Shown piece by piece: positions 22,646 through 35,954 of a DNA stretch of 64,000 nt (position 1 is the stretch's first letter; each line of letters begins with the position of its first letter). Below the pieces are notes generated by a model. That model saw only the letters and a program-made list of their open reading frames with translations. It was not told the DNA's origin and searched no databases. The stretch covers positions 62,001 to 126,000 of the forward strand of contig NW_015163639.1 of NCBI RefSeq assembly GCF_001447785.1. The letters are read 5' to 3'. Origin of the DNA: Gekko japonicus (Eukaryota). Made by a program: the position numbers and the translations under genes.

Positions 22646-23395
22646 CTGACTACTCTGTGGGGAAGGAGTCTGTGTAACTAGGAGGGAATCTGCCGCAGAT
22701 GCCCTTCCGCCCTTTTGGTATTAGTATGTAGGCCAGTGGCTGAATCGGGGATTGTTTAGTAGGGAAAACTGGGCCAGTGTTATTGCCTTTGCTTTCAGGC
22801 CCTTCCCAACCCTTCTGCTTGTGCCATATTTGTTTGTTTAATTTATTTGTCCCCTGCCTCTCTTCCCCAAGGGGACCCAAAATGGCTGACCTGATTCTCC
22901 TCTCCTGTGAGTGACCCAAACACACACACACCACACACAAAAGTTACACGGTCCCATCATAAGCAACAGAAGTATAAATAAAGAATGATTTATAATAACA
23001 CTGATTCTGTCATTCCTCAAAATATAAATACCACACAAAGATTGCTCACGATCGCTCATAGGAAACATAAAGAGAAATTCCATCTGTAGCGTTATCTTTT
23101 CAGAACACCGGGAGTCCAGCATTCCATAAACTTATTTGAAATACTAGAAGAGTCCCCACCCCACCCCCATGTAGCAGAAAATATTAGTTTAGCAACCACA
23201 AGAAGGGGTAAGACAAATTCCGAATCTGACAAAAACGACAAGAGTTCTAATGTAACCCGATAATTTAACCTTTGGATCATGAGGTAAACTAATATTTAAC
23301 ATATCGTTAATGAAGTGGATTACAAAATCCCACAAACTCTATATTTTTTTGCACAGCTCCAAAAGAGATGAACAAAATCCCGATTTCTATTTCAG

Positions 23396-23498
23396 ATCTC
23401 AGAGGACGTGGACGGATTGGTAGCCGACTCTCCCAAATCGGAGCTGGACCCGTCGGACATTGTGAAGTTTGAGCTCTCGATGGAGAACTTGCAAGAGG
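23396..23498 (+). CDS. SCAN zinc-finger gene B, coding exon 2 (linker)
   Basis: TTTCTATTTCAG| and G|GTGAGG; ISEDVDGLVADSPKSELDPSDIVKFELSMENLQE; phases 0 to 1 join the flanking exons in frame. Confidence 0.8.
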
Positions 23499-23787
23499 GT
23501 GAGGATGAGGATGAGGAGGAGACATCAGGCTGACCTGAACTTCCTTAGTCCCTGGAACTTTCTGGGACCATTACAATGGAGGTCCTTTTCTGTCGTCTAA
23601 AATGGAGCCGAAAGCTGCTTTAAATCGAGTCAGATTAGTGGTCCAGCCAACTCGGCTTGGACTGGCAGCCGCTGCCTAGAGTCTCAACCTGAAAAGGTCT
23701 TTCTCGAAACCTTTCCCCTACCACCGCCCATGAGATCCTTTTTAGTGGAAAGGCTGGGGACTGAACCTGGAATTTTCTGTGTGCAAA

Positions 23788-24070
23788 TAGAAGAAGAAGA
23801 GATTGGATTTATACCCCGCCCTCCACTACCCAAGGGAGTCTCAGAGCGGCTTACAAACTCCTTTCCCTTCCCCTCCCCACAACAGACACCCTGTTAGTAG
23901 GTGGGGCTGAGAGAGCTCTGACAGAAACTGCCCTTTTTCAAGAACAGCTGTGCCAGAACTATGGCTTGCCCAAGGTCATCCAGCCAGGTGCAAGTGGAGG
24001 AGTGGGGAATCAAACCCGGTTCTCCCAGATTAGAGTCCGCGCACTTAACCACTACACCAAACTGGCTCTC
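23788..24070 (-). mobile_element. Squam3-like SINE
   Basis: Full length, (AAG)n on the + strand. Confidence 0.85.
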
Positions 24071-24249
24071 TTTAAATAGAATTCCAGTGGTGACTTACGA
24101 GGCAAGCACTGACCTCTGAACCCTTGAGTATGAAGCTGCTTTAGGTGGAGTCGGGCCTTTGATCTACCTGGCTTCTGCCTGCCCTGGCAATATCTCTCCT
24201 GGTCTTGCCAGCCTTTGGGAAATGCCAAGAAGTGAGCTTGGGAACAGGT

Positions 24250-24655
24250 TGGTGGCTCAGTGGCAGAGCATCTGTTCGGCACACAGAAGGTCCCAGGTTC
24301 AATCCCTGGCAGTTTAAAAGAATCAGATGGGAGGTGACGTGAAAGACCTGTATCTGAGACCATGGAGAGCAGCTACAGGTCAGATTAGACAATACCGACC
24401 TTGCCAGACCAGTGGTCTGAGCCAATATAGAACAGAGTCATGTATATACACATTATTTTGGGGGGAGGGGCCGTGGCTCAACGGTGGAGCGATTGATTTG
24501 CACACAGAAGGTCCCCAGTTCCATCTCCAGTTCAAACAATCGGATAGGAGGTGATGTGAAAGATCTCTCTGTACATGAAACTGCTGCCTGTCAGAGCAGG
24601 CAATACTGACCTCGGCAGGCCAGTGGTCTGACTCAGCATTAAGAATGGTTCATGT
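24250..24655 (+). mobile_element. Two tandem tRNA-derived SINEs with CR1-like 3' ends
   Basis: GGCTCAGTGGCAGAGCA...GGTTCAATCCC A/B boxes; 3' CCAGTGGTCTGACTCAG; related copies near 570, 3450, 7525, 8410. Confidence 0.65.
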
Positions 24656-24789
24656 AATAATAATAAATATTATTATCGTATGGCATTTTCTGTAGAATAG
24701 CCAGGAGATCCAAAGATAGTCTGGCGGCCAGAAGTCCTAGCTCTTTCAGCGTTTTGTACCACTAGGTGGCGGGCTAGACTTTTTTTTTT

Positions 24790-24952
24790 AAGGCAAGAGA
24801 CGTTTCGGAGGTGGTTTGTGCCATGGCCTGCCTCTGCGTCACAGCCCTGGTATTCCTTGGAGGTCCTCCCATCCAAGTACTAGCCAGGGCCGACCCTGCT
24901 TAGCTTCCGGGATCTGACGAGATCAGGCTAGTCTGGGCTATCCAGGTCAGGT
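24790..24952 (-). mobile_element. 5S rRNA-derived SINE
   Basis: Reverse complement GATCTCGTCAGATCCCGGAAGCTAAGCAGGGTCGG...TAGTACTTGGATGGGAG. Confidence 0.8.
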
Positions 24953-26173
24953 TCATGTGTGTACACGTGAGCCATGTACTGTGGCCCTTTGTTATCTTCC
25001 TTTCCCTGTCACTATTTTTATCCTGCCTTCCCTCCAAGTAGCTCAAGAAGCGGTATGTAGTTCTCCCCGTCTCCGTGTTTAATTACCACGACAACCTGTT
25101 GAGATAGGTTGGTCCGAGAGAGAGGGTGACTGGCCCAAGCTCCCCCAGCAAGCTCCCATGGCAGAGTGGGGATTTGAGTGTGGATCTCTGCCATCCTAAT
25201 CCAACTCTTTTAACCCCTGCAACTCATTGGCTTTCCAGCCCTATCAGGAATATCTTGATATTCTCCCATGGCTGGGGAAAGTAGTGCTATACCTTTGGAA
25301 ATCTGATGCCAGCTCACTGAAAGAAGGTTGAGATGAGGGTGGTAGTGGAGGGCTGGTTGCTCAGCGGCACCTTGCATACTTCAAGTGCATATGGACTCAG
25401 GGCTCTTTTTGTAGCAGGTACTCATTTGCATATTAAGCAACACACCCCTAATGTAGCCAATCCTCCAAGAGCTTACAGTAGCCCGTAGGCAGCATAGTGC
25501 CCGCCATCACCTTTCTTGGTGCCTGCCAAGTGATTTTAGAAAGCAGGTGGGAATTTTGCCCAGGAGGGCTTCTGATTGACTGTTGGAGATCTAGTTGGAT
25601 CTGGAGATTTTTAAAAAGTCGCTTCAGCGGCAGCAGCTGCTACCAGAGCACTAAGATCTTCACTGTATGGTGGAAGGTAAGCTGCATGTATGCTAGAAAA
25701 CATTTGTGATTGAGACGTTCATTTTAAAAGGCATCCTATTAAACAGCTCCTGTCTGAAATGTTGAAGAGTTAGCATTAGAGTTAGGCACATCCTCACTCC
25801 CTGACATTTTGTCATTGGCTCCGCCTCTTGTGGCAGCCATTTTGTGGCTGCGTACCAAGTGTCAGAGTTCCAGATGTGGCTCAAAAAAGCTGGGGGGTCC
25901 CCAGCTTAGGGTATTGGAGTGCCATCTGGGAGACCAAGGTTCAAATCTCCACTCGGCCATGGAAACTTGCTGTGTGACCTTGGGGAGGTCTAAAGATGAA
26001 GAAAATGGAAGGGGGCCAAATTTATGCAGAGTTTAACTTGAGGCAGGTGTGTAGAGTTCATAATTGTGTGTATCAGCTCATAAGTAAATAAGGATTGTTA
26101 TAAATGTTGCTTAGAGGAATCCTTTCCCTCTAGTGTGGGATATGATTTACATGGTGATTTTTGCTTGTTCCAG

Positions 26174-27414
26174 ACCAGCAACAATATTTTCTTGGCGAAG
26201 TGGGTGAACTGCAAGAGGGAACTTGTGGCACCGCAAGAAAAAAGGCTGCTTATGACAGTGGGAAAACCCTCCGTCCATCCTCTGACCACCTTTCCAAGAA
26301 TCAGAAGAAAGAGAAACCATATAAATGTTCGTACTGCGGGAAAATCTCAGATTGCAGGGCACATCTGATCATCCACGAGAGAACCCACACGGGGGAGAAG
26401 CCACATAAATGCTCTGTCTGTGGCAAGAGTTTCACTCGTAAAGAGTCTCTTATTATCCACGAGAGGTTTCACACAGGAGAGAAGCCCTATAAATGCTCAG
26501 TTTGCGGCAAAACCTTCAGCGATAAAATTGGCCGCCTCATACATGAAAGAACCCACACAGGAGAAAAACCGTACAAGTGCACTGAGTGTGGGAAAAGCTT
26601 TGGAACTCGCTGTAACCTTCTAAGGCATAGAAGGGTGCACACGGGAGAGAAACCATATAGATGCTCGGACTGTGGGCAGAGCTTCAGGTATAGGCCGCAA
26701 CTGGTGATACATGAAGGGACCCACAAGGGCGAGAAACCATATAAGTGCCCAGACTGTGGAGAGAGCTTCAATCAAAGTCGGCACCTCGTTATTCACAAGT
26801 GGACTCACACTGGAGAGAGACCACATAAATGCTCCATCTGTGGCAAAAGCTTCAATCAGAAATCGGACCTCATTACCCACACGAGAACCCACACAGGGGA
26901 GAAACCATATGTGTGCTCAGAGTGTGGGAAAAGCTTCATTTCGAGCTGCCAGCTCCGAAAGCACGAGAGGATCCACACGGGGGAGAAACCATACCAGTGT
27001 TCGGAGTGCGGCAAATGTTTCACGTACAGCTCTCACCTGACAACCCACAAAAGGACACACACAGGGGAGAAACCATACCAGTGTCCGGACTGTGGTAAGT
27101 GCTTCATTTCCAGCTCTCACTTCACTGCGCACAGAAGGACGCATACGGGAGAGAAGCCGTATCAGTGTTCGTACTGTGGAAACAGCTTCATCCAGAGATC
27201 CCAGCTCGCTAAACATGAGAGATCCCACACAGGCGAGAAACCGTATATATGTTCAGAGTGCGGGCAAAGCTTCCGGTGGAGTCAAGGGCTCAAGAAACAC
27301 ATGAGGACTCACACAGGAGAGAAGCCGTATAAATGCTCACAGTGTGAGAAAACGTTTACTAGTTCCTCTAATCTCTCTAGACATCAGAAAATCCATGCTA
27401 GGGAGAAACTGTAA
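26174..27414 (+). CDS. SCAN zinc-finger gene B, last exon: 13 C2H2 fingers
   Basis: Phase-1 acceptor TTGCTTGTTCCAG|AC; 13 CxxC...HxxxH units with TGEKP-type linkers; spliced CDS 2070 nt = 689 aa. Confidence 0.95.
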
Positions 27415-28271
27415 GGACCCCAATCAAAGAGACTGTAAACTCCTGTAAATGTTTAGATGATGGGACAGTGTATTGAGTGGACATCAGAAAACCACACCAA
27501 AGGAAAATCTTTCCATTGTGCCAAAACACTCAACGGTACAGTCACACCTTGCCGCTAATTCACACTGTAAATAGAGTCTTGGGAAACCTTGACTGGGCAA
27601 TAACTTCCTTTTGTAGCTCTCAGTATCCTAGTCCTCAGAGAATCCGTTCCATCACCAAATGTGGATCTGGGTCATTGCCTCTTCCCAAGAGCTGGGCACC
27701 CCAAAATTTGACACTGGCAATTGAAAAAAATGGATTTTAGCTCTCGTGCAGTGGTGTCTTAAATAGTTGCTGGTTTAAAATAAGTTTTGTTTAGAAACTT
27801 GTATTCTTCCACCTCTCTTGCTGAGTGTGTACAATTGCTGAGAATCATTTCATTCCATTATCGGGGGGTATTTTTAGAGCCTGGCATTTGTATATACCTC
27901 TTTTGCTTTCAACCACTGTTCCCTGCCTAGAGCTGACGAGATTTATATTGGCCAAGACTGTAAATGGTGGTATAAGTGCAAGTTTTGGGATATGCCATTG
28001 ACAGTAGGTTTTATGTTTAGAATGATTTCTCGTCCTCATTAAATTCAACGATGCCATGTCGCATGCAGTGTTTGCTCTTAAGACTGGAATGAGAGTCCTT
28101 GTTCCCTAGTCTGCTTTGGTCTTCTTGGGTACCACGGTTAGTTTTGAACCAAGGTAAGAAGCAGGTTTGCAAACTGCAGTTTGTACGAACCATCGTTAGC
28201 GGAAATGCTGGTGCAGATGTAACACTGAGCTGTGCTTGGAGGGAAAGAAAAAGAGACTGTACAGAAAAGGG

Positions 28272-28314
28272 NNNNNNNNNNNNNNNNNNNNNNNNNNNNN
28301 NNNNNNNNNNNNNN
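28272..28314. other. Assembly gap (43 N)
   Basis: Run of n. Confidence 1.
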
Positions 28315-29164
28315 TAATGGAAGTCCTGAAAAAGAATGTGTGTCACCCGGCTGAAGGCCTGATGCGAGGAAATCTTGCAGGCCTCGGCTGACAACTCAGG
28401 GCAGAGGTGTGGGTCATGACAGGAAAGGCTCAGTACGAGAGGGCCGCCATTTTAGCCACTGCCAGCAAAGACACATTCAATAAGCTTTCCTGGAACAATG
28501 TTGGTCTGTTGAAGAAAACCAAGCGGAATTCCAGTGGTACCTTAAAAACTAATAACCAGGGGTTTTTTTTCCTTTTCCTTATAAAAAAGAGGTGCTGGAA
28601 CTCTCAAGAAGGAAATGAAGTTTTCAATCTGTATACTGAAAACTCATGAACTTTTAAACATTTTAAAAATAATTTTGTTGAAGAGGTTCCGGAACTCTGT
28701 TCCGGTGTGTTGCCCCAGAAAAAAAGCCCTGCTAATAACATTTATTCCAGTATTAATGTGTATGAGACAAAGTTCTCTTCTTCAGATACAATGAAAGAAA
28801 GTCATTTACCTCATTACAGGAATTACAGGAGGCCAGCAGGAAAGTGGGAGGGGTTGAGGAGACAGAGGCCTAGTTACAATTCCCCACAGAGAGAATTTCA
28901 CCTCATTATCCTAGGTCCCTCTCTGCTCAACTTATTGTTCTATCTGAAGATGTGACCTCTGTCTCATGAAAATGCATACTGGAAGAAGAGTAGGTTTTAT
29001 GCCCCGTTTTTCTCTACCCTAAGGAGTCTCAAAGCAGCCTTCCCCGCAACAGTCACTTTGTGAGGTAAATGGGGCTGAGAAAGTCGCAAGAGAACTGTAC
29101 TTCATCTGGAGGAGCAGGCTTCATCTGGAGAAGAAGTAGGGAATCAAACCTTGCTCTTCAGATT

Positions 29165-29475
29165 AGGTAAAGGTAAAGGTTCCCTGGCTCGAAAGCCAGT
29201 CGAATCCGACTCTAGGGTTGCGCTGCTCATCTCCGTTTCAAAGCCGAAGAGCCAGCGCTGCCCGAAGACATTTCCGTGGTCATGTGGCCGGCATGACTAA
29301 ACGCCAAGGCGCACGGAACGCTGTTACCTTCCCACCGAAGTGGTCCCTATTTATCTACTTGCGATTCCTTGCTTTCGAACTGCTAGGTTGGCAGGAGCTG
29401 GAACTAGAGATGGGAGCTCACTCCATCATGCGGCACACTCAGGTCTCGAACTGCTGACCTTCCACAGCCTGCACC
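29165..29475 (-). mobile_element. Sauria SINE (5'-truncated)
   Basis: GGTAAAGGTAAAGG tail; family match. Confidence 0.85.
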
Positions 29476-29859
29476 ACACTAGTATTTAAAGTGTTAGTCT
29501 TTAAAGGTGCCATTTAAAGTGTTAGTCTTTAAAGGTGCCATCGGATTTCAGTTTTGTTCTCTGGGAATGAGCCTGTCTTGCACCAGGGCTCCTAGCAGGA
29601 GTTGTGGCTGTTCAGAAAAGCGGACCTTGCATTGTGAAGGCCTTTTGAGGAAAGCAGCAGACCTTTGGAACGGACCCAGAGCTTGTCAGAAGCTAGTGTT
29701 GCTGCCTTCCAAACACGTGTTACATGATGGATGAACTTGATCTCACTAAAAGTCAGGCAGCTAGCTTTTACTGGAACTTGGCCATTCAGAGATTGAAAGG
29801 TAAGCACTGGTATCGTGAAGTAAGACTGGACCTTTTCCTTTTATAAGTACCCAAGGGTA

Positions 29860-31075
29860 CATTTTTATTGATTTTTCCCATTATAAACTACAAACATACA
29901 TAGCAACAGGCAAACACCTACCTACAACTAACAAACACAAAACATACAGCGAGAGGCTTATATTTCATATTCTATCTTCGATTAACTATTTGTTAATTTT
30001 CTATCCCCTTATCTATCTTACTGGTTTTCCCTTTTCTGTGTTCTCAAATTTCCACAAATCAAGTTAGTACGCTTATGTTATACCAGTCATAAAATCTCTT
30101 CCAAGTGTTCTGAAAAGTCCATTCAGTTCCAGCTCTCATCTCTAATGTCAGTTTATCATTCTCAGCCATTTCAGTTTATTCACAAATTCTTGTTTCATTG
30201 GAGTCTCCGTTGTTTTCCAGTATTTAGCATATAAAATTCTTGCAGCTGTCGAAAAGTGAACAATCAAATACCTGTCTGTTTTATCAAAATCTTTCGGAAA
30301 TATATTCAGTAACAGTGTCTCTGGAGTAAAAGGAACATTAGATCTTATTATTTTTTGCATTATTTCATGTACCCATTTCCAGAATCTTTTTGTTATATCA
30401 CATAACCACCACATATGATAAAAAGAACCAATCTTATTCTTACATTTCCAACATTTGTCTGAATAATTAACATTTTGTTTAGCTAATCTATATGGTGTAA
30501 TATACCATCTATAAAACATTTTATACATATTCTCTTTATAGGATACTGCATTAGTCAGTTTAACATTTTTCAGCCAAATCTGCTCCCATTCCTCTAGATT
30601 AATATTACAACCAATGTTCTGGGTCCATGCAATTATATTTTTTTTCACAATTTCATCTATCATCACATCATCTAGTAAGATCTTATATAATTTCTTTATC
30701 ACTTTACTTTCTGCAGTTAATATAGTTTCTTCCAACTTAGTTATTTTATTATTAAATCCTAGCTTCTTGTCCTTCAGGTATATTGATTCCAATTGTGCTT
30801 TTCTCCACCAGGATATCTGTTCTGGTAATTTAAGGTTATCTTTTTTATCCAAAATGTCCTGGTATCTTAACGGCTCTTCTCCTTCATAAACATTAGGTAA
30901 AGTAAATGCCTCTAAAGGTATTATCAGTCTCGATCTTTTAGTATAAAAGTTTTTATGTATAGAGTCCCAGACCTTTAGTAATGCCGCTCTCAACCAGTGC
31001 TGCTTAATATACTTTTGGGAGCCTAAGTAAGACTGGATCTTAATTGGCAGTCATGCCAGCCCTGAAGGAATGCAG
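29860..31075 (-). mobile_element. L1-clade LINE, 5'-truncated (ORF2 C-terminus)
   Basis: 281-aa ORF 30148-30993 with YKMFYRWYITP and CWKC...HMWWLC zinc knuckle; minus-strand AATAAA near 29866. Confidence 0.88.
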
Positions 31076-31702
31076 CCTTGCTTTTCTGTTCTAGTCAGCA
31101 ACCAAAAGAATTCAAGACAAAAAGGACAACTGTCCCCCCACACACAAACACACATGGGAAACCTATCACGTTCAACTCTCTCAGGCAAGGAGTGAGTTCT
31201 GGCTCATGAAAACTGCTTTATTATTTTTATTATTAACTTTATACCCTGCCTTTCTCCCCAGTGGGGACCCAAGGCACCTCACATTGTTCCCCTCTCTTCC
31301 ATTTTATTCTCACAACTCTGTGAGGTAGGCTAGGCTGAGTGTGTGACTGGCCTAAGGTCACCTGTGGCAGAAGTGGGGATTGGAACCTGGGTCTCTTAGA
31401 CCCTAGTTTAACCACTACGCCAGCTGGCTCGCACTCATGCTGTAATATGTTTTGGTGCCACCATTCTGGTTTTTTGGAATCTCTTAAAAACTGCTGGAAT
31501 CTCTTTAAAACTGCTTCTGTTCCTGGGGTGTGTTTGCGTGAAAAGAGCCCATTGCTTACATGCAAGGGAGTGAAGAGCTCTTTGGCCTGTGTTTTAGTCT
31601 GGTGATGGCTTGGGCAGAATCAATAGTGCTTGTCCTCCGCTCTTTCCAAAACTCAATGGGCTCTGTTAAAAACTACTTGACAACATAGTGTGGTAAGGAT
31701 TA

Positions 31703-31970
31703 AGAAGAGGAGGAGGAGATTGGATTTATACCCTGCCCTTCACTCGGAGTCTCAGAGCAGTTTACAAACTCCTTCCCCTCCCCACAATAGACACCCTGTG
31801 AGGTAGGTGGGGCGGAGAGAGCTCTTTCGAGAACTACCCTTTCAAGGACAGCTCTTGTCAGAATTATGGCTTGCCCAAGGTCATCCAACAGGTGCAAGTG
31901 GAGTGGGGAATCAAACCCAGTTCTCCCAGATTAGAGTCCGTGCACTTCACCACTACACCAAACTGGCTCT
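31703..31970 (-). mobile_element. Squam3-like SINE
   Basis: Family match. Confidence 0.85.
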
Positions 31971-32349
31971 CAGTTTGGTGTAGTGATTAATATGGGGCAC
32001 ACAGCACTTTGTATCCAGCCTGAAGTTCTGGTGCTCTAGGTTCGAATCCCTGCTGTGTCAGGATGTAACTGCATAGGACAGGTCAAGATCTGAATTAGTG
32101 AGAGGTGACTCACTGAGGCTCATCACACCCTGCCACAGATTCTGTTAGTCTTGAAGGTGCTCCTGGACTCTTGCTCTTTTCTTCTGCTTAGGATTGCACT
32201 GTAAACCGGCTCAGGATTTCTGTTTGTCTTGATATTGGCTAACAGTCCTAGGTGGATAAGGTCGCCTCTGCATTTGTCTTACACCCAGGGCCATCCCACA
32301 GAGCCCAGACTTAGCCCCAGGGGACGACTACAGCACTTGCAACCCTGCC

Positions 32350-33080
32350 CCGCGCATGAACAAGCTCACCCGACCGAGCCCTCCCACCACCCCCTATAGA
32401 TCCATCTATAGGGGGTGGTGGCCCTCCCCGTCTTTTTGCAAACCCTGTTGAGGAATAGCAGTAAACAGCAAACACAAAAGCCTAGCATTCCATCGCCGCG
32501 TTATGATTGGCTCCCGCTCCTTCAAGCGAGCCAATCCAGCCCTCCCTTTGAAAGGAAGCCGTTCCGAGAGGAGCCTGGGCGGCGCTCACGACCGCCTACA
32601 GTTAAGCCATTCGCAGCAGCGACCCGAGTTCTCGTTGTAAGGCGCGTTTTCATTGGCCGCTTCGTTCTAAGGGGCGCTTCCTACTTCCCTCCCCCATGTA
32701 TTTCCTTTAGTGGATCGCAGCAGGATAAATCGGCGACCGAGCACAGAGGCGGGCTCTGCAATGTGGCGCGTAATCCGAATTTAGCGAGGCGGCGGAGACG
32801 CCGGGCTCGCTGCAGAAGGTGAGGCGCGCTGAGCATTGTCATGTCAGAACCGCGTCGGGCGGCGCGGTGGAGAAGCCCCCCCCCCCCTTCTGTTCTGTCC
32901 CAAACTCGTTCTGAGCCGGGCCGGGCTAAGAGCGAAGCGGGTCTCCTCCCATTGGCTGCTGTGGTTCCACTCACGGCTGTGACGTCGCCGAGCTGTTCGG
33001 AGCACGATGATGCCTTTCCTGACGCAGGAGGAGTAGCCTCTTCCCCCGCCCCCTTGCCAAGGCACGTGATCCGAACAGGG
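32350..33080 (+). promoter_or_regulatory. CENPA: CpG-island cell-cycle promoter and probable non-coding exon 1 of CENPA
   Basis: CCAAT boxes at 32506, 32531, 32652, 32951; CHR-type TTTGAA 32547-32552; E2F-like TCCCGC and TGGCGCG; donor AAG|GTGAGG at 32819; assignment to CENPA is inferred. Confidence 0.7.
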
Positions 33081-33459
33081 GCTTTTAATTGGGGAACGAA
33101 TATAGAGGGTTTTAAGGAAATATGCAATATGCTTCGATCTTTAAAATGCCACTTTAAAACTTTGCATGGAATCGGTTTTTTGTTAAATTCATGCACACAC
33201 TTGTGCATACAATATGTGTGTGTATGAATCAATACTTTTAAAAAATGTCAGTGGGATATTGTATATCATACAAATATTCGCATGCGTGTGTAAAATTTCC
33301 TGATGGGTAGCTGTGTTCGTCTGTTGTAGCAAAATAAAACAGGAGTCCAGAGGCAGTTTGTTGGGATATTGCAAATGTCACACTTCAGTCAAGAAAGAGT
33401 TAGCCTGTTTATGTAAGCTAACTCTTAGCTAGTTAGCTTAGGACCAGTTAGGTGTTAGG

Positions 33460-33667
33460 CAATGTTCCCTCTAAGCTTTGGAAACTTGTGAGCAAAAATT
33501 CTACTTTGTGAGCTCCTGGCATTAAAGTTGTGAGCGAGAGATTTGACTGCTGCAGAAATTAGTTTGCCTCTGGAGCCCCTCCTTCCTGAGCGAAGACAAA
33601 AATGTGTGAGCCGGAGGCGAAAAAACTGTGAGCTAGCTCACACTAACTCAGCTTAGAGGGAACACTG
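33460..33667. mobile_element. hAT MITE family B
   Basis: TIRs present; perfect TSD GTGTTAGG. Confidence 0.92.
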
Positions 33668-33798
33668 GTGTTAGGCACATATTTCTGCCAGAGAAAAGTT
33701 GAGATTGGGAACTGCTGTTGGTGGATCAATAGTTTGGAAGATACTACATGGTAATCTTCACATACACAAGGGATAGAGCTTTGGGGAAACTTTCCTTT

Positions 33799-35804
33799 TT
33801 TATATATATATATATATTTATTTTCTGAAACAACTACAAGAAAATAGGGAAAGGGAACTATACACTACAGGAGAAAGTAAAAAATAACACTAAAAACCCA
33901 AGAGGTGGTGATCATATAATGGTTACAATACCATGCTAATAATAAAAAATAAAAAGATATTTGGTTACATTAAATGTGATCATTAAAACAGTTTAGATGA
34001 TTCAAGTCCAGGACTACTGACTTCTTAAAGAACAATACTAAAGAACGCTTATATATTAATAAAGAACAAACAAATTCAGACTTCAGAAAAAATTAGCATT
34101 TCATCTTTTGTATTTTCTTTCCCTCAAACGATATCCTTGCTTGGGGGCTGCTGCCACACATTCCGAGTCTGATTCTTCTCCAGTAAGTGTTTCATTTTCA
34201 CTTCCCTCATGACTCTCCTCTTCTTCCCCTGTTGGTCTGAGTTGTTGCTGCAAGAATGCATTGGCTTTCATAACAGAGTCAATTTTTCCCCTTTTATCTT
34301 TGAATTTGAATAGTATGCATTCAGGTAAGATCCATTTGTAGGGGATGTTATTCTTTTGTAGAAACAAAGCCAAGTCTCTGTATTTTTTCCTCTTCTTTCG
34401 TATTTCAAAGGGAATGTCTTTCAAAACTCTTATCTCCTTGCTGTCAATTTTAAGAGTAGTTCCATTTATTGCTTTTAGTATCTGGTCTCACTTGTCTTCA
34501 GGAGAATCTAACCACCACCTCACTGGGCAGATTCTTCTTCTTTATGAATTCTGAATATGACATATAGATCACATCCATCTCGCTTTGAAGAACATCCGCT
34601 TTTAAATCTGCAACCGGTCTCAAGGCATCAATCATAATCTGCTTTAGATTCTCCCCTTTAGTCTCAGGTACCCCCTGAAATCTCAGAATAAAGCTTGCCT
34701 TTTCCATTTGTAGCTGTAAAAGCTGGGCTTCATCCGAGTTTCTCTTCTTTTCCATCTTCTGCATTTGTTTTTTACAGTTTTTGATCTTGGCATCCACTTC
34801 TTTAAGGTTCTCAGCTGTTTGCTCTGTTTTTTTTAATGTTCTCACTTAGTTGCAGTTGCTGTGCAGCAAAATTTCCGTTGAGCGTCCTCATTTGCTCCAG
34901 CAGGGGTCACAAATAATAATAAATAAAGCATCCATTAGCATCTTAGAGAAGTCTATAGTTACATCCAATGCTCCCTCTAAGCTGTGGAGTCTTGTGAACA
35001 GAAATCCTACTTTGTGAGTGACTGGCATTAAAGTTGTGAGCCAGCGATTTGGCTACTGCATAAATTAGTTTGCTCTGGAGCCATCCTTCCTGAGCTGAGG
35101 CAAAAATGTGTGAGCCGGAGGCTAAAAGACTGTGAGCTAGCTCACACTAACTCAGCTTAGAGGGAACACTGGTTACATCTGGTTGCGTGACCGCACTCGC
35201 TGGGCTGGCACATCCTGAAGAAGGTTTAGGTTTCAGATGCTTATCTTTCTCCATCTTTTTCAGCGACATCTTTGAGGATGTTTACATTCAAAGTAAAGTT
35301 GCCAAAAGTCTCTAAAGTCTGCAAACCGCCTAGGAATCTCTTGTAAGTTTCTTAATATAGTCTTTTTTCGCTTTAAGTTCCGTCCCCCTTCTGCTTAATG
35401 TCCGTTTTTATTTTAATGGGGGAGGTTCCTCCCCCCCCCCCCGCTTACTTTAAGGGGGATTTTCAGCCAGTTCTCTGGTTTTTGCTTCAACCAAAGTCAC
35501 TTTTAATGTAGTTCAAGTAGATCATGCCATTTATTGTTTAAAACGCTCGACCTCCACATGGTTGTCCCGGTGTGCGTCTCTGAGTCCAGTACTGGAACAC
35601 AGCGGCAAGACCGTCGGGGCATTGGAGTGCCTCAATCCACCGGCAGCGTGCCGGGGGAGAGGCGATCCTCGGCGCCCCATGGCTAGGAACCCTTCACAAG
35701 GGCTCCAGGGGGGCGCGTACAATTACACCCCCTCTCCTCCGCCAGTTCACGGATCACGGAGCTCCCAAGAGGCACGTCCACCATTAGATCGCCAAAACCG
35801 GAAG
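33799..35804 (-). mobile_element. ORF1-only L1 derivative (HAL1-like), full length
   Basis: CpG-rich 5' end starting CTTCCGG; degraded ORF1 35269 to 34101 (coiled coil, LRFQGVPE, C-terminal domain); 300-bp 3' UTR, AATAAA, (TA)n/A tail; TSD TTGGG(G)AA(A)CTTTCCTTT. Confidence 0.75.
34966..35171. mobile_element. hAT MITE family B nested in the L1 ORF1
   Basis: TIRs present; perfect TSD GTTACATC. Confidence 0.92.
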
Positions 35805-35954
35805 TTGGGAACTTTCCTTTCCCAAACTCCCACCCACTCACACCTCTCTTAGACCTGTGATACATTGATGACATTTTTATTGTCTAGATACATGGTAAAG
35901 AAGCCCTGGACATTTTCCACCAGGCATTCAACTGGTCCAGATCATGGGAGGTCT

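Noticed and set aside
24250-24320. tRNA genes at SINE heads
   Set aside because: A/B boxes are present but there is no intact acceptor stem, and SINE body always follows.
24790-24952. 5S rRNA genes (also near 5700, 9240, 14100, 16830, 44270)
   Set aside because: Diverged, lack the 5S ends and are fused to a shared non-5S 3' body, so they are SINEs.
26420-27304. Antisense and alternate-frame ORFs over the zinc-finger arrays (also 10503-11296)
   Set aside because: Expected by-product of repetitive C2H2 codon structure.
30148-30993. 281-aa ORF as a host gene or domesticated protein
   Set aside because: It is the C-terminus of a 5'-truncated L1 ORF2 with a TTG start and no promoter or splice context.
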